From Planctomycetota bacterium (GTDB lineage: Bacteria > Planctomycetota > UBA8108 > UBA1146), in the NCBI GenBank assembly GCA_036338595.1, contig JAYZBV010000053.1, forward strand, positions 1 through 59,965: a stretch of DNA of 59,965 bases. Direction: 5' to 3'. Under the pieces are notes generated by a model. It worked only from the letters and a program-made list of their open reading frames with translations, made no database searches and was not told the DNA's origin. Positions within the stretch are counted from its first letter, which is position 1. Each line of letters starts with the position of its first letter. The position numbers were made by a program, and so were the translations under genes. Below, piece after piece: positions 1 through 8,816 of this stretch.

Positions 1-843
1 TTGCTGCTGGCGTTGACCGTCACCGGTGCCGTCAGTTGCTTCTATGCCACGACCGGCTGGCGCCTCAACGAGAACCTGGAAGCGCAACTGCTGGTACCGA
101 GTATCCATGCAAAACAACACCTTCCCTGGGTGGTTCTGGATCGGGATCAGCCGCTCGATTTCCCCGACCAGTTGCAGCAGTTGCAACAGCAGATCGCTGC
201 GGGAACCCGGTCCCCACGGCCCATCTTCGTCAACTTCACCGGCCACACCTGACAGAACTGCAGGCTGATGGAAAATGGCATTTTCCTGGAGCCAGAAGTC
301 GAGCAGTTGCTCGGCCAGTTCGAATTGTTCGAGATCTTCACCGATGACGCCAACAGTGAGGTGGAGGCGAAGTACCGTGCCCATCAGATCGAATACTCGG
401 GTTACTACGCCAATCCGACCTACATCGTGCTCGACAGTGCCGATCATCTGGAGGTGACACGCGGTTCTTTCACCAATAGTGGCGATGAGTTTGCAGAGTT
501 CCTCGGTGAAGGACTGCAAGATCGTCCCGCCTTCGAGAGCCGTCTTCAGTTCGATGGAATCTCCATCGTCGAGGCTGGCAAGACGGTCACGGTGCTCACG
601 CGCGAACAACCGTGGCTTCATGAGGGGCAAGAAGCCGCCACCTATCGGCAAGCGGCAGTGGATCAACTCGGCACACGCTTTGCCGCATCCACCACCTTTC
701 GCGTCGGGGAGCATCTGGAGGAGGGTGAGTACATCATCCGTGTGCGATTCGTCGGTGGGCTCTACCGAGGAGATGAACGCATCCGCACCTTCTCACTGCC
801 GATCAAGTTAGCACTCCAGATCGAGGCCTCCTCACCGAGTTAG
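1..843 (+). CDS. dsbD: DsbD-like thiol:disulfide interchange protein, C-terminal thioredoxin domain; 5'-truncated; probable selenoprotein (TGA 250-252 = Sec, UQNC)
   Basis: ORFs 1..252 and 268..843 are in the same frame. Read-through gives PIFVNFTGHT-U-QNCRLMENGIF...EIFTDD...NPTYIVL, matching the DsbD-gamma motif FTGxxCxNCRxME. A SECIS-like hairpin follows the TGA. Confidence 0.85.
263..293 (+). promoter_or_regulatory. Putative bacterial SECIS element
   Basis: GGAAAAT(270-276)-GGC-ATTTTCC(280-286) stem-loop, with outer pairing GGCT(263-266)/AGCC(290-293). The G-initial loop starts 24 nt after the UGA. Confidence 0.7.
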
Positions 844-989
844 CCAGCCGCTGACTCGATCCTGCCACAGGTATTCCTCCCTCCTCCCCCGACCGGATGC
901 AGTCCATCGGGAAAGATCCTCGCTTCGATTTGTGATCGATGTGCTCGATCATCCTTCTGGCGAGGCGATTCCAGAGAAAGGGAAACCCG

Positions 990-1559
990 ATGAACGAGAG
1001 CGTATCGAGGCAGAAGTCGACAGGATCCAGCAACAGCGGATCTCAAAAAATTCACCGCTGGCTGATGGTGGTGCTGATGTGCCTGGCAGGTTTGGCCGCG
1101 ACCGATCAGCAAGTTTGTGCACAGGGCACCGAAGGCCCGATTCCCGGCACTCTCAATTGTGATGGAGATTGCCCAGGCGTCGGCACCTCGATTGTGGGCT
1201 GGAAGCAGATCGTCTCGCCCGTCACCAACGATTGCACCGGTACCGCGCTGCAGTTGCTGCTCAATCGACTCGAAGTCGAGATCTTCTTGCAGCCGAATCA
1301 GTGTCCCATCTGGGTGATCATCGAGCCCGCCCATGGAGTCCCCACGGTGATCGAAGGCTGCTGCCTGATTTCCCTGACGGACCTTCCGGTGATGCGACAA
1401 ACGCTTCGCTGTCAGTGCACTCGCAGATTCATCATCTGCTGGGATCATGATTGCCTACCGGAAGGGCAGCCAACGCAAATTGCAGTCCAGGAGAGTTGGA
1501 CTGCTTCACCGTGTGCGGGGGGCAGCGCTGCATTGCCCTGTACTCAGAGACGTAATTGA
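990..1559 (+). CDS. Cysteine-rich secreted hypothetical protein
   Basis: RBS-like AAAGGGA before ATG 990, hydrophobic signal-like segment WLMVVLMCLAGLAA, 14 Cys in 189 aa. Confidence 0.6.
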   Translation: MNESVSRQKSTGSSNSGSQKIHRWLMVVLMCLAGLAATDQQVCAQGTEGPIPGTLNCDGDCPGVGTSIVGWKQIVSPVTNDCTGTALQLLLNRLEVEIFLQPNQCPIWVIIEPAHGVPTVIEGCCLISLTDLPVMRQTLRCQCTRRFIICWDHDCLPEGQPTQIAVQESWTASPCAGGSAALPCTQRRN

Positions 1560-1587
1560 TCGCAGTTTTCCAGAGAGGATCCAGAAG

Positions 1588-2940
1588 ATGAAGATACCGA
1601 AAAATCGATTTCTTGCCCGCGTGGCAAACAGGTGGACCGTGGTGGCGATGGCGGTGTTCGTGGCGATTCTGATGGGGTCGCGCTTTTCAGTCCCGGAAGA
1701 TCCAGGAGGGGAGCCAGGAGTGGAGCCAGGTGTGGCGCCGCGAACCGATGCGGTGGCAGGGCCTGCGATGGAGAGCGAGCCGACGCCACGGCCATCATCG
1801 GATCTGTTTCGAGACGACACGCCAGCGATCCCTTCCGAGGCGACTCCTTCCACCGGATCATCGACACCCCCCTGGCGAGGTCCGCTCGATGCATTGATCG
1901 CTGCGGGTCGAGCCGATGCCGATCCAGGAGCTGCCATCGCGGCGCTGTTGGCTGCACAGCCGGGCATGGGGGATCAACTACTGGCGCTGCTGCTGGAGTC
2001 TCAGGGGGGGCAGGACGAGCAGGACGCATTGCTGGTGGCGCTGGCGATGGCGCTCTCCATCGACACAACCCTGGCGACGGAAGGGGGCAGCGGGGAGCTG
2101 GCCTCGCTGTGGTTCGATCGGGATGGGACCATCCTGGCGATGGCCGATCTGTGGATTTCCGGCGAGGATCGGGCGAGATACTTCCCTCGCTTCTTGCAGA
2201 TGGACGCTGTGCTGGAGCCGTGGCATGCCATCGAGCTGGCCGCCATGATGGAATCAGCGCAGGCACAGCAAGAAATGGTGGGGCAGCCACGTACTCGTTT
2301 GTTCAAGATGATCGAACTGAGCCTGGCGAGTGCCAATCAGCAAGCAGTGGCGATTGCCGGAGAATGGCTCGAGTCGACGATGCCAGAACTCCGAGAAGTG
2401 GCTCAGCGAACCGTCGTTTCTGCGCTGGCGGATGACCCGGACGGTGCCGTGGATTGGATCGATCGAGCCGATGCGTCGGTGCAGGTGCCGCTGATCGAAG
2501 CGGTGCTGAACAGGATCTCAGGTGAGCATCTGCCTCGCTTCCTCGATGGGACCGGGGATACGCTGCTGCAACAGGAGTATCACGGTTCTGCGCTGCTGTC
2601 CGGCTTCTCCCGGGCCACCGATCTCGATCTTCAGCAGTTGATCTATCAGCGCGGTGAATCGACCGACTCGGAGTCGTACCGCAACCTGGTGCTCTTTGGT
2701 AGCCAGGGAGCTCTCGGCAGGGGAGATCGTTTCCCACCCAACTGGGCACAGACCCTGAAATGGGTCGCCGAGACCGATCCCGCCCGATCGGTGCGGGGAA
2801 CCGCATTGCGCATCTGTGCCATGAGCTGGCCGACCGGCGATGCGGCTGGCTTCCAGAGATTGATCCAGACCAGCGATGTCGATCAGCGCACCGCAGAAAT
2901 CGCGGCTTCCTTACTGAGCGCTCGCGGATCGGCTCGCTGA
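1588..2940 (+). CDS. Membrane-anchored alpha-helical (HEAT-like) hypothetical protein
   Basis: GAGG before ATG 1588, N-terminal TM helix, Pro-rich linker, Ala/Leu-rich helical body. Confidence 0.65.
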   Translation: MKIPKNRFLARVANRWTVVAMAVFVAILMGSRFSVPEDPGGEPGVEPGVAPRTDAVAGPAMESEPTPRPSSDLFRDDTPAIPSEATPSTGSSTPPWRGPLDALIAAGRADADPGAAIAALLAAQPGMGDQLLALLLESQGGQDEQDALLVALAMALSIDTTLATEGGSGELASLWFDRDGTILAMADLWISGEDRARYFPRFLQMDAVLEPWHAIELAAMMESAQAQQEMVGQPRTRLFKMIELSLASANQQAVAIAGEWLESTMPELREVAQRTVVSALADDPDGAVDWIDRADASVQVPLIEAVLNRISGEHLPRFLDGTGDTLLQQEYHGSALLSGFSRATDLDLQQLIYQRGESTDSESYRNLVLFGSQGALGRGDRFPPNWAQTLKWVAETDPARSVRGTALRICAMSWPTGDAAGFQRLIQTSDVDQRTAEIAASLLSARGSAR

Positions 2941-3041
2941 AGTCCCGGTGATGGAGAGCACCACGATCCAAACTCGCGACTTCTCTCCGAGGAGATGTCC
3001 CTTCATTGGAGGGATCACCTGAGTCGGAGTCGGTAGTCAGG

Positions 3042-3094
3042 CCGGCATCTCCGGCGGCGATATGCCGTTGGAGATATGCCGCCGGAGATGCCGG
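3042..3094. terminator. Strong inverted repeat between convergent genes (likely bidirectional terminator)
   Basis: CCGGCATCTCCGGCGGC (3042-3058) is the perfect 17-nt reverse complement of GCCGCCGGAGATGCCGG (3078-3094). Confidence 0.65.
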
Positions 3095-3101
3095 TCAGTC
3101 C

Positions 3102-4778
3102 TCAATCGCTCTCACGAGGCTGCTGGGTCACTTTGACGTAGTACAGGTCGGTCGCCACTTCGAAGTGCTCCTGGCCCAGCTCGGTCGATAGGGTTTGCCA
3201 TTCGGTGGTCGGCGAGATCTGCTGCCAGGCATCTCTATCTCCGACCCGGATCGGCATGTCGAAACCCGGTTCGTCCGTCTTCCAGCGGTAGGACACGCTG
3301 TGTTTGGCGTCATCGAAGATCAGTTCGAGAAGCGGTATTTGTGCGTGGCGCAGATACTGATCGAACACCGGTTGGAGGTCTTTCCCGAACCTCTTGTTGA
3401 AGAGTTTCAGGATGTCCTTGGTCTCGATGCTCTGGTACTTGAACGTATCGTAGACCTCGCGCACCAGAGCCCACCACTTGTCATCGTCTCCTAGCACGTT
3501 GCGCAGAGTGTGGAGAAACAACGCCCCCTTGAAGTACTGGTCGCCCGGAGGTTCTCGATGCGTGCCCTTCTGCGTGATGATCGGTCGCCGATTGGAAACC
3601 TTTTCCTGGTAACCGTTGATGTACTTCAAGGCGTCTGCGTACCCGAATAGCTTTTCGACATACATACACTCGAGGTATGTGGTCCACCCCTCGTGAATCC
3701 ACATGTCGCACACATCCGCTGCCGTGATGGCGTTGCCGAACCACTCGTGACCACTCTCGTGAATGATGATGAAGTCGAACTTCATGCTCACGCCGACGCC
3801 GGTCCAGTCTTTACCGAGATAACCGTTGGTGAATCGGTTGCCGTAAGTCACAGCTGATTGGTGCTCCATCCCCGAATACGGAACCTGCACCAGCTTGTAG
3901 CCATCCTTCACGAATGGGTATTCGCCAAAGTAGTGCTGAAATGCCTCCAGCATCGGTTTTGCCTGGGCGAATTGTTTCTTGGCCTTCTTCAGGTCTTCCG
4001 GCAAGGCGTAGTAGTCGAGAGTCAATTCACCGAGCCGATCAGAAAAGTGCTCATAGGCCGCAACGTTGATCGAAACGTTGTAGGAGTTGATCGGATAGTG
4101 GACACGCCACTTCCAGCGCGTGAACCCGTCTCCCAGATCTTCCTTGCCCATGTACCGGCCATTGGAAACATCGGTCAACCCGTTGGGAACCGCCACACTG
4201 ATGTCCATGCTCTCGACCTCGTCACGCCACTGGTCCTTACAGGGCCACCAGTAACTCGATCCAGGCCCTTCGCACGCCGTGTAAATCCACGGTCGACCGG
4301 CCGGATCCTCATCGAAACTGATGCCACCAAAACGACTGCTGCTCTTCGGGGCACCCGAGTAATGGAAGTCGAGACTGTATTTTTCTCCGGCTTTGAAGCC
4401 GTCGGGGTTGTCGACGAATACCGCGTTGAACTCGCGCTCGAAGGGAAGCTCCTCGGAATCGAGCACGATCTTGTCGACCGAGAGGTCGCTGTTCAGATCG
4501 AGCTGGATACGGTTGTCGTCTGACAACATTCGAAAACCAATGGTCACCTTGCCGCGAATCGTCTTGGTCTCGGGCGACACGCGGATGTCGAGGTGGTAAT
4601 AGGTGAGATCATTGTTGGCGCGATAGCGTCCGTACTCGCCACGCAACTGTCGCTTGCGCAGTTTTGTGTCCGGCTCCGGATCCTGGACCCCGGACATTGC
4701 TTCAGACGTAGGGATGGCAGCGACTGCCACTGCTGGATTCGTACAGAGCATCGTCAGCGCAAGTAGGATTGAGGTCAT
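3102..4778 (-). CDS. M1 family zinc aminopeptidase, secreted
   Basis: GMEHQ exopeptidase motif, HESGHEW zinc motif, WIHEG. A signal peptide from MTSILLAL places the start at 4778. Confidence 0.9.
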   Translation of the reverse strand: MTSILLALTMLCTNPAVAVAAIPTSEAMSGVQDPEPDTKLRKRQLRGEYGRYRANNDLTYYHLDIRVSPETKTIRGKVTIGFRMLSDDNRIQLDLNSDLSVDKIVLDSEELPFEREFNAVFVDNPDGFKAGEKYSLDFHYSGAPKSSSRFGGISFDEDPAGRPWIYTACEGPGSSYWWPCKDQWRDEVESMDISVAVPNGLTDVSNGRYMGKEDLGDGFTRWKWRVHYPINSYNVSINVAAYEHFSDRLGELTLDYYALPEDLKKAKKQFAQAKPMLEAFQHYFGEYPFVKDGYKLVQVPYSGMEHQSAVTYGNRFTNGYLGKDWTGVGVSMKFDFIIIHESGHEWFGNAITAADVCDMWIHEGWTTYLECMYVEKLFGYADALKYINGYQEKVSNRRPIITQKGTHREPPGDQYFKGALFLHTLRNVLGDDDKWWALVREVYDTFKYQSIETKDILKLFNKRFGKDLQPVFDQYLRHAQIPLLELIFDDAKHSVSYRWKTDEPGFDMPIRVGDRDAWQQISPTTEWQTLSTELGQEHFEVATDLYYVKVTQQPRESD

Positions 4779-4800
4779 CGGTTTCCATTCCACGGAGGGG

Positions 4801-5136
4801 TCACTGTAGTCGAAGTCCGCAGTCGGGGCAGGTCTCCGATTCACCCGCAGCCGTTCCGCAGGCGGGGCAGGCATCTTCGGCGGCGTTGTCGTCGGAGGTG
4901 CCCGTCGTGGATTCCCACTCCTGTGCGGCCTTCTTTTCCAATATTGCCGCTGCATTCGGGGAATCTTTCTTCGCGACCGCGAGGATCAGTTTCGTTCCTC
5001 AGCCACCGGGAACCGCTGAGATGCTGGGCGTGATCCCGGCAGATTCCAGCAACCGAGCGGCATCTCGGATGCCGTCCGTTCCACCCTGGAGAAGTGGCAC
5101 CCACTCGATTTCGGCTGGGTCTGCAGCTTCATTCAT
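4801..5136 (-). CDS. Small double zinc-ribbon protein with in-frame TGA (putative selenoprotein, GG-U-GTKL); not in ORF track
   Basis: The ATG overlaps the nfo stop (ATGA). Translation: MNEAADPAEIEWVPLLQGGTDGIRDAARLLESAGITPSISAVPGG-U-GTKLILAVAKKDSPNAAAILEKKAAQEWESTTGTSDDNAAEDACPACGTAAGESETCPDCGLRLQ. TGA is at 5001-4999. It fills the nfo-peptidase gap. Confidence 0.8.
4959..4998 (-). promoter_or_regulatory. Putative bacterial SECIS element
   Basis: mRNA after the UGA reads GGAACGAAACUGAUCC-UCGC-GGUC-GCGA-AGAAAGAUUCC. The GGUC apical loop lies 20 nt after the UGA, resembling the E. coli fdhF SECIS loop. Confidence 0.75.
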
Positions 5137-6065
5137 GCTGACGGGCTCTTTTTTCCGAGGTTCTTGCTGGCGAGGCGCTTCAGCAGTGCCAGGTTCTTGC
5201 GATCCATGTCGTCCTCCTTGGGTGTTTCGAGGATCTTGGGGATTCCATCGAATCGAGAATCCTGGATGACCATCTCGAATCCACTTGTTCCGATGAGGCC
5301 CTCGCCGATGTGCATGTGACGATCGAGATGACTGCCGAGGTCGCCCTTGCTGTCATTGAGGTGAAGGGCAAAGACGCGGCGGGCACCGACCGTCTGGTCG
5401 AGTTGCTTCATCGTTTTCTGGTAACCCTCTTCGGTTCGCAATTCGTATCCTGCAGCGAACATATGGCAGGTGTCTAGGCAGGTCCCGGTGCGTTCGGGGG
5501 CATCGATTTCTGCCAGCAGGTCTCTCAGTTCCTCGAAGGAACGCCCCATCGTCGATCCTCCGCCAGCGGTATTCTCCAGCAAGATACGGGTCTTCACGTG
5601 GGGGATCCTGCGAAAGCACTCCCGCATTCCCGTGGCGATTCTGGTGATGGCGGCATCGACGCCGCTTCCGACATGGGCTCCAGGATGCATCACCAGAAAA
5701 TCGAGTCCCAGTAGTTCGGCTCGCTCAATTTCATCGGCGAAGGCATCGATCGACTTCTGGAACAGTTCCTCCTTCGGGGATGCGAGATTGATCAGGTAGG
5801 AATCGTGGCTGGTCACGGGGTAGGGGCCCCACTCCTGTACCGCCTCTCGAAATCGTATCGCCTCGTGATCATGGATGGGTCGCTGAATCCAGCGGCTGGC
5901 GTTCTTGGTGAAGATCTGGAGTGAGCGGAGCCCCAGCAACTGTGCTTCTTCGACCGCTTTCCAGGACCCTCCCGAGACCGATAGATGGCTGCCCAGGCAC
6001 AGCCGTGACGCCGCATCGGGGAAACTTCGTTTCATCTTTCGCTGGCCGGTGGCAGTGGCTGCCAT
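5133..6065 (-). CDS. nfo: Endonuclease IV
   Basis: GSHLS, QIFTKN, HDSYLINL, HPGAH, LENTAG, CLDTCH, HLNDSK, DRHMHIG and ILETP motifs. Confidence 0.95.
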   Translation of the reverse strand: MAATATGQRKMKRSFPDAASRLCLGSHLSVSGGSWKAVEEAQLLGLRSLQIFTKNASRWIQRPIHDHEAIRFREAVQEWGPYPVTSHDSYLINLASPKEELFQKSIDAFADEIERAELLGLDFLVMHPGAHVGSGVDAAITRIATGMRECFRRIPHVKTRILLENTAGGGSTMGRSFEELRDLLAEIDAPERTGTCLDTCHMFAAGYELRTEEGYQKTMKQLDQTVGARRVFALHLNDSKGDLGSHLDRHMHIGEGLIGTSGFEMVIQDSRFDGIPKILETPKEDDMDRKNLALLKRLASKNLGKKSPSA

Positions 6066-6084
6066 CGGACCTCCTCTCTCCAAC

Positions 6085-6750
6085 TCACATCGGTATCAAA
6101 TGCGCCAGATCGTCGACCCACAGATCGGGTTCGGGGGGAGTGGCAGTGCCATAGCCCCCTCGGAGTCCGACGGTCGGGACGCCAGCGTTGATTCCGGTCA
6201 TGAAATCGACTGCAGAATCGCCGACCAGAAGTGTTTGCTCCACCGGGCAGTTCAGTTTTTTCAGGATCGAGAGCAGGCCGCTGGGATCTGGCTTGGGCGC
6301 TCCCGCATCTTCAGGGCAGACCACTGCCGCCCAGGGCCCCTGCTGGTCCAGCCGGGGCATCAGTGCTTCGGTGACGCTTCGGGGCTTGTTGGTCAAGATC
6401 GCCCGCGGGATGTTCAGACCCCGCAGGTGGTCGAGCAGGCCCAGAGATCCAGGCAACCAGTGGATGTCACGGGAATGATCGTTGGCGATCTCGATATAGA
6501 CGCTCCGGAATTCCAGAAAGAGATCGTCGATGGATTCATCGGGTCGCAGGATGTCGGGCAAGATCTTCTCGCACAGCACCCTTGCGCCGTGACCCACTGC
6601 AGCTCGAACGATCTCGGCAGAGCAATCGGATGCGCCGCGCTGGCGCCGTATGGTATTCACGCAGTCAGTGATATCTCCGATGGAGTCGATCAGGGTTCCA
6701 TCGAGATCAAATATGACGCAACCGGATGCTTGCGACAGAAGGCTGCTCAT
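6085..6750 (-). CDS. HAD-family hydrolase, phosphoglycolate phosphatase-like
   Basis: IFDLDGTLIDS, LTNK, KPDP and VGDS motifs. The start was trimmed because the longer ORF overlaps ccsA. Confidence 0.85.
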   Translation of the reverse strand: MSSLLSQASGCVIFDLDGTLIDSIGDITDCVNTIRRQRGASDCSAEIVRAAVGHGARVLCEKILPDILRPDESIDDLFLEFRSVYIEIANDHSRDIHWLPGSLGLLDHLRGLNIPRAILTNKPRSVTEALMPRLDQQGPWAAVVCPEDAGAPKPDPSGLLSILKKLNCPVEQTLLVGDSAVDFMTGINAGVPTVGLRGGYGTATPPEPDLWVDDLAHLIPM

Positions 6751-6752
6751 GT

Positions 6753-8816
6753 CTAGGCTGCGGAACCGCTGGAGCCGCGCCGGTAGAGATGTCGCTGAAA
6801 TCCCCGGTGGATCAGCGAGATCAACACGACGCCCGCTTCGATCGAGTAGAAGAGCAGCAGCAACTTGAGGATTCCATCGGTGAATCCATAGGAATGTAAC
6901 CCCACTCCGAGCAGGTTCACTCCCCACCAGGAGAAGGCGACGATCATTCCGTTGATCACGACCAGGATGTGAAGGCCATGTTCTCGAACCAGGCCGCTCA
7001 TGCGGGCATGGAGGATGATCAACTCTGCCAGGCAGATCAACAGTGCACCATTCTCCTTCGGATCCCAGCCCCAGAATCGTCCCCACGAGTAATTGGCCCA
7101 GATGCCACCGAGGATGGTTCCGACGATGCTGAAGAACAGACCGAAGCAGATGGTTCCGTAGACCATTCGCGTGATGCTGCGGTAGAAGTCCTTGTCGTTC
7201 TTGCGGATTCCAAACAGCTTGCCGATGAGCCAGACATGGGCGATCGCAGCGGCCAGCAAACCCGCTGAATATCCGAGCGTGACGGAAGTCACATGGGTGG
7301 AGAGCCAAAAATTCGTATCGAGCACCGCGACCAGGCTCGGCATCGTGTCCCCGGCAGTGATCGCTTCCTTCAGTTCGTATTTTATCGAGAGGAAGCAGCC
7401 GAAAGAGCCGAGCAGAGCAGCCATCGTCAACGCAATTTTTCTACGGTCGAATCTTTCGATGAAGAGCGCCGTGATCACACAGCATCCCGTGATGAAGAGG
7501 ATCGTCTCGTAGAGCGTGGTGACCGGCGGGCGACCCTGGATGATGCATCGAAGAGTGACTCCTGTGACCAGTAGAGTGATTCCCAGTAAACTGAAGCCCC
7601 ATGTGGCTCTTGTGGGCAGAATCGAGGTCGGTCGCAACCATCCGATGCAGGCGATCACGAATGCGAGCAGGAAGCAGATCAACGCACGATAGAAGTAATC
7701 CATCTTGTAGAAAGAAACTTCCATCGAGATGGTGCTGTTCTGCCCGTGGTGTGATGCGAGAGTAGTCAGACCATCTCGGACCATGGCAGCCTTGGCTTGG
7801 AATGTGTCTCTACTGATGTCCCTCGCCGCAACCATCGCTTCCATCTGTTTCAGTGCCTCTGCTCGCAATGCGACGGGTTCCTTGAGGAGCGCATCCTCGA
7901 TGACTGTGTCGGCGCGGCCCCAGACCACCGGCAGTACATCCTGTCCCTCTGGTGGCTCATCATTGAGAGGTTCCGGAGGGAACCAGGCGATGCCCATCCC
8001 GGCAATCTGAAGTTGCTGAAGTAACTGGGTCTGAAGTTCTTGCAAGGCATTGACCACCTCGGTCTGACGCTCGGGGGGCAGTTGCAAGATCGATTCCCTG
8101 TTGGCCAGTTGTTCCAGACCATCGACTCCTTCGATGATGGGGCTGAACCCGGTATGGTCCTGGCTTTCGCCGTAGATGGCTCTCAACTCAGGGATCGTGT
8201 CGAGTGGAAAGGTGTGTCGGGCGCTATCGAAGGCGTGAAACAACTCCTCGAGGGCACGGATATTCTGCGCCAGCTGTACCGTCTGACGCTCGACCAGTTC
8301 CCAGTTCGATGGTTCCTTGGTTTCGGTGATCTGGCCTGCGGATCTGAAGATCTGATCGAGAGCAGGAAGTAGCTCCTCAAAGCTCCACCGAGAACTTCGT
8401 TTTCGATCCGACACATCTATACCTGCACTGGTCAGGACCTGCGCATTGATCACCCGGATACACTCGTATCTGCGAGCGATCTCGGGGTAGATCATGCAAT
8501 CGAGCGCCCATGCCACGGGGCCTAGCGTTTCGTCCCCGACCCTCAGTGTTCGTTTGCCGTTTATTTTCAGCATCGTGAAGCCGGCATAGGTATCGAATGG
8601 TTTGACTCGCCCTCCATGCTGGAGAGGCCAGTGAGCGATGGCGTCCAGCGTCTCGCTGGACCACGGAGTTCGCGCGGTGAGGGGCGACTCGGAAGGATTC
8701 TGCACCGCAAGATCGACCGCTGGAGTGCCCTCTACAGCGGGATCTGTTTGGCCCCAGGCGAGCACTGAATGCAACAACAGCAGAGGGATCAGCATGCGGA
8801 GTCGCTGGTTCATCAT
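6753..8816 (-). CDS. ccsA: Cytochrome c biogenesis protein CcsA (System II) with large N-terminal periplasmic domain
   Basis: WWD motif WANYSWGRFWGWDPKE, PPVTTLYE, VLDTNFWLSTHV, GVGLHSYG; N-terminal GRVKPFDT. Confidence 0.92.
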   Translation of the reverse strand: MMNQRLRMLIPLLLLHSVLAWGQTDPAVEGTPAVDLAVQNPSESPLTARTPWSSETLDAIAHWPLQHGGRVKPFDTYAGFTMLKINGKRTLRVGDETLGPVAWALDCMIYPEIARRYECIRVINAQVLTSAGIDVSDRKRSSRWSFEELLPALDQIFRSAGQITETKEPSNWELVERQTVQLAQNIRALEELFHAFDSARHTFPLDTIPELRAIYGESQDHTGFSPIIEGVDGLEQLANRESILQLPPERQTEVVNALQELQTQLLQQLQIAGMGIAWFPPEPLNDEPPEGQDVLPVVWGRADTVIEDALLKEPVALRAEALKQMEAMVAARDISRDTFQAKAAMVRDGLTTLASHHGQNSTISMEVSFYKMDYFYRALICFLLAFVIACIGWLRPTSILPTRATWGFSLLGITLLVTGVTLRCIIQGRPPVTTLYETILFITGCCVITALFIERFDRRKIALTMAALLGSFGCFLSIKYELKEAITAGDTMPSLVAVLDTNFWLSTHVTSVTLGYSAGLLAAAIAHVWLIGKLFGIRKNDKDFYRSITRMVYGTICFGLFFSIVGTILGGIWANYSWGRFWGWDPKENGALLICLAELIILHARMSGLVREHGLHILVVINGMIVAFSWWGVNLLGVGLHSYGFTDGILKLLLLFYSIEAGVVLISLIHRGFQRHLYRRGSSGSAA

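Noticed and set aside
4779..4955. N-terminal extension of the M1 peptidase ORF, and ORFs 4841..5104 and 4769..5269
   Set aside because: These are off-frame or antisense shadows of the 4801..5136 read-through gene; the peptidase signal peptide starts at 4778.
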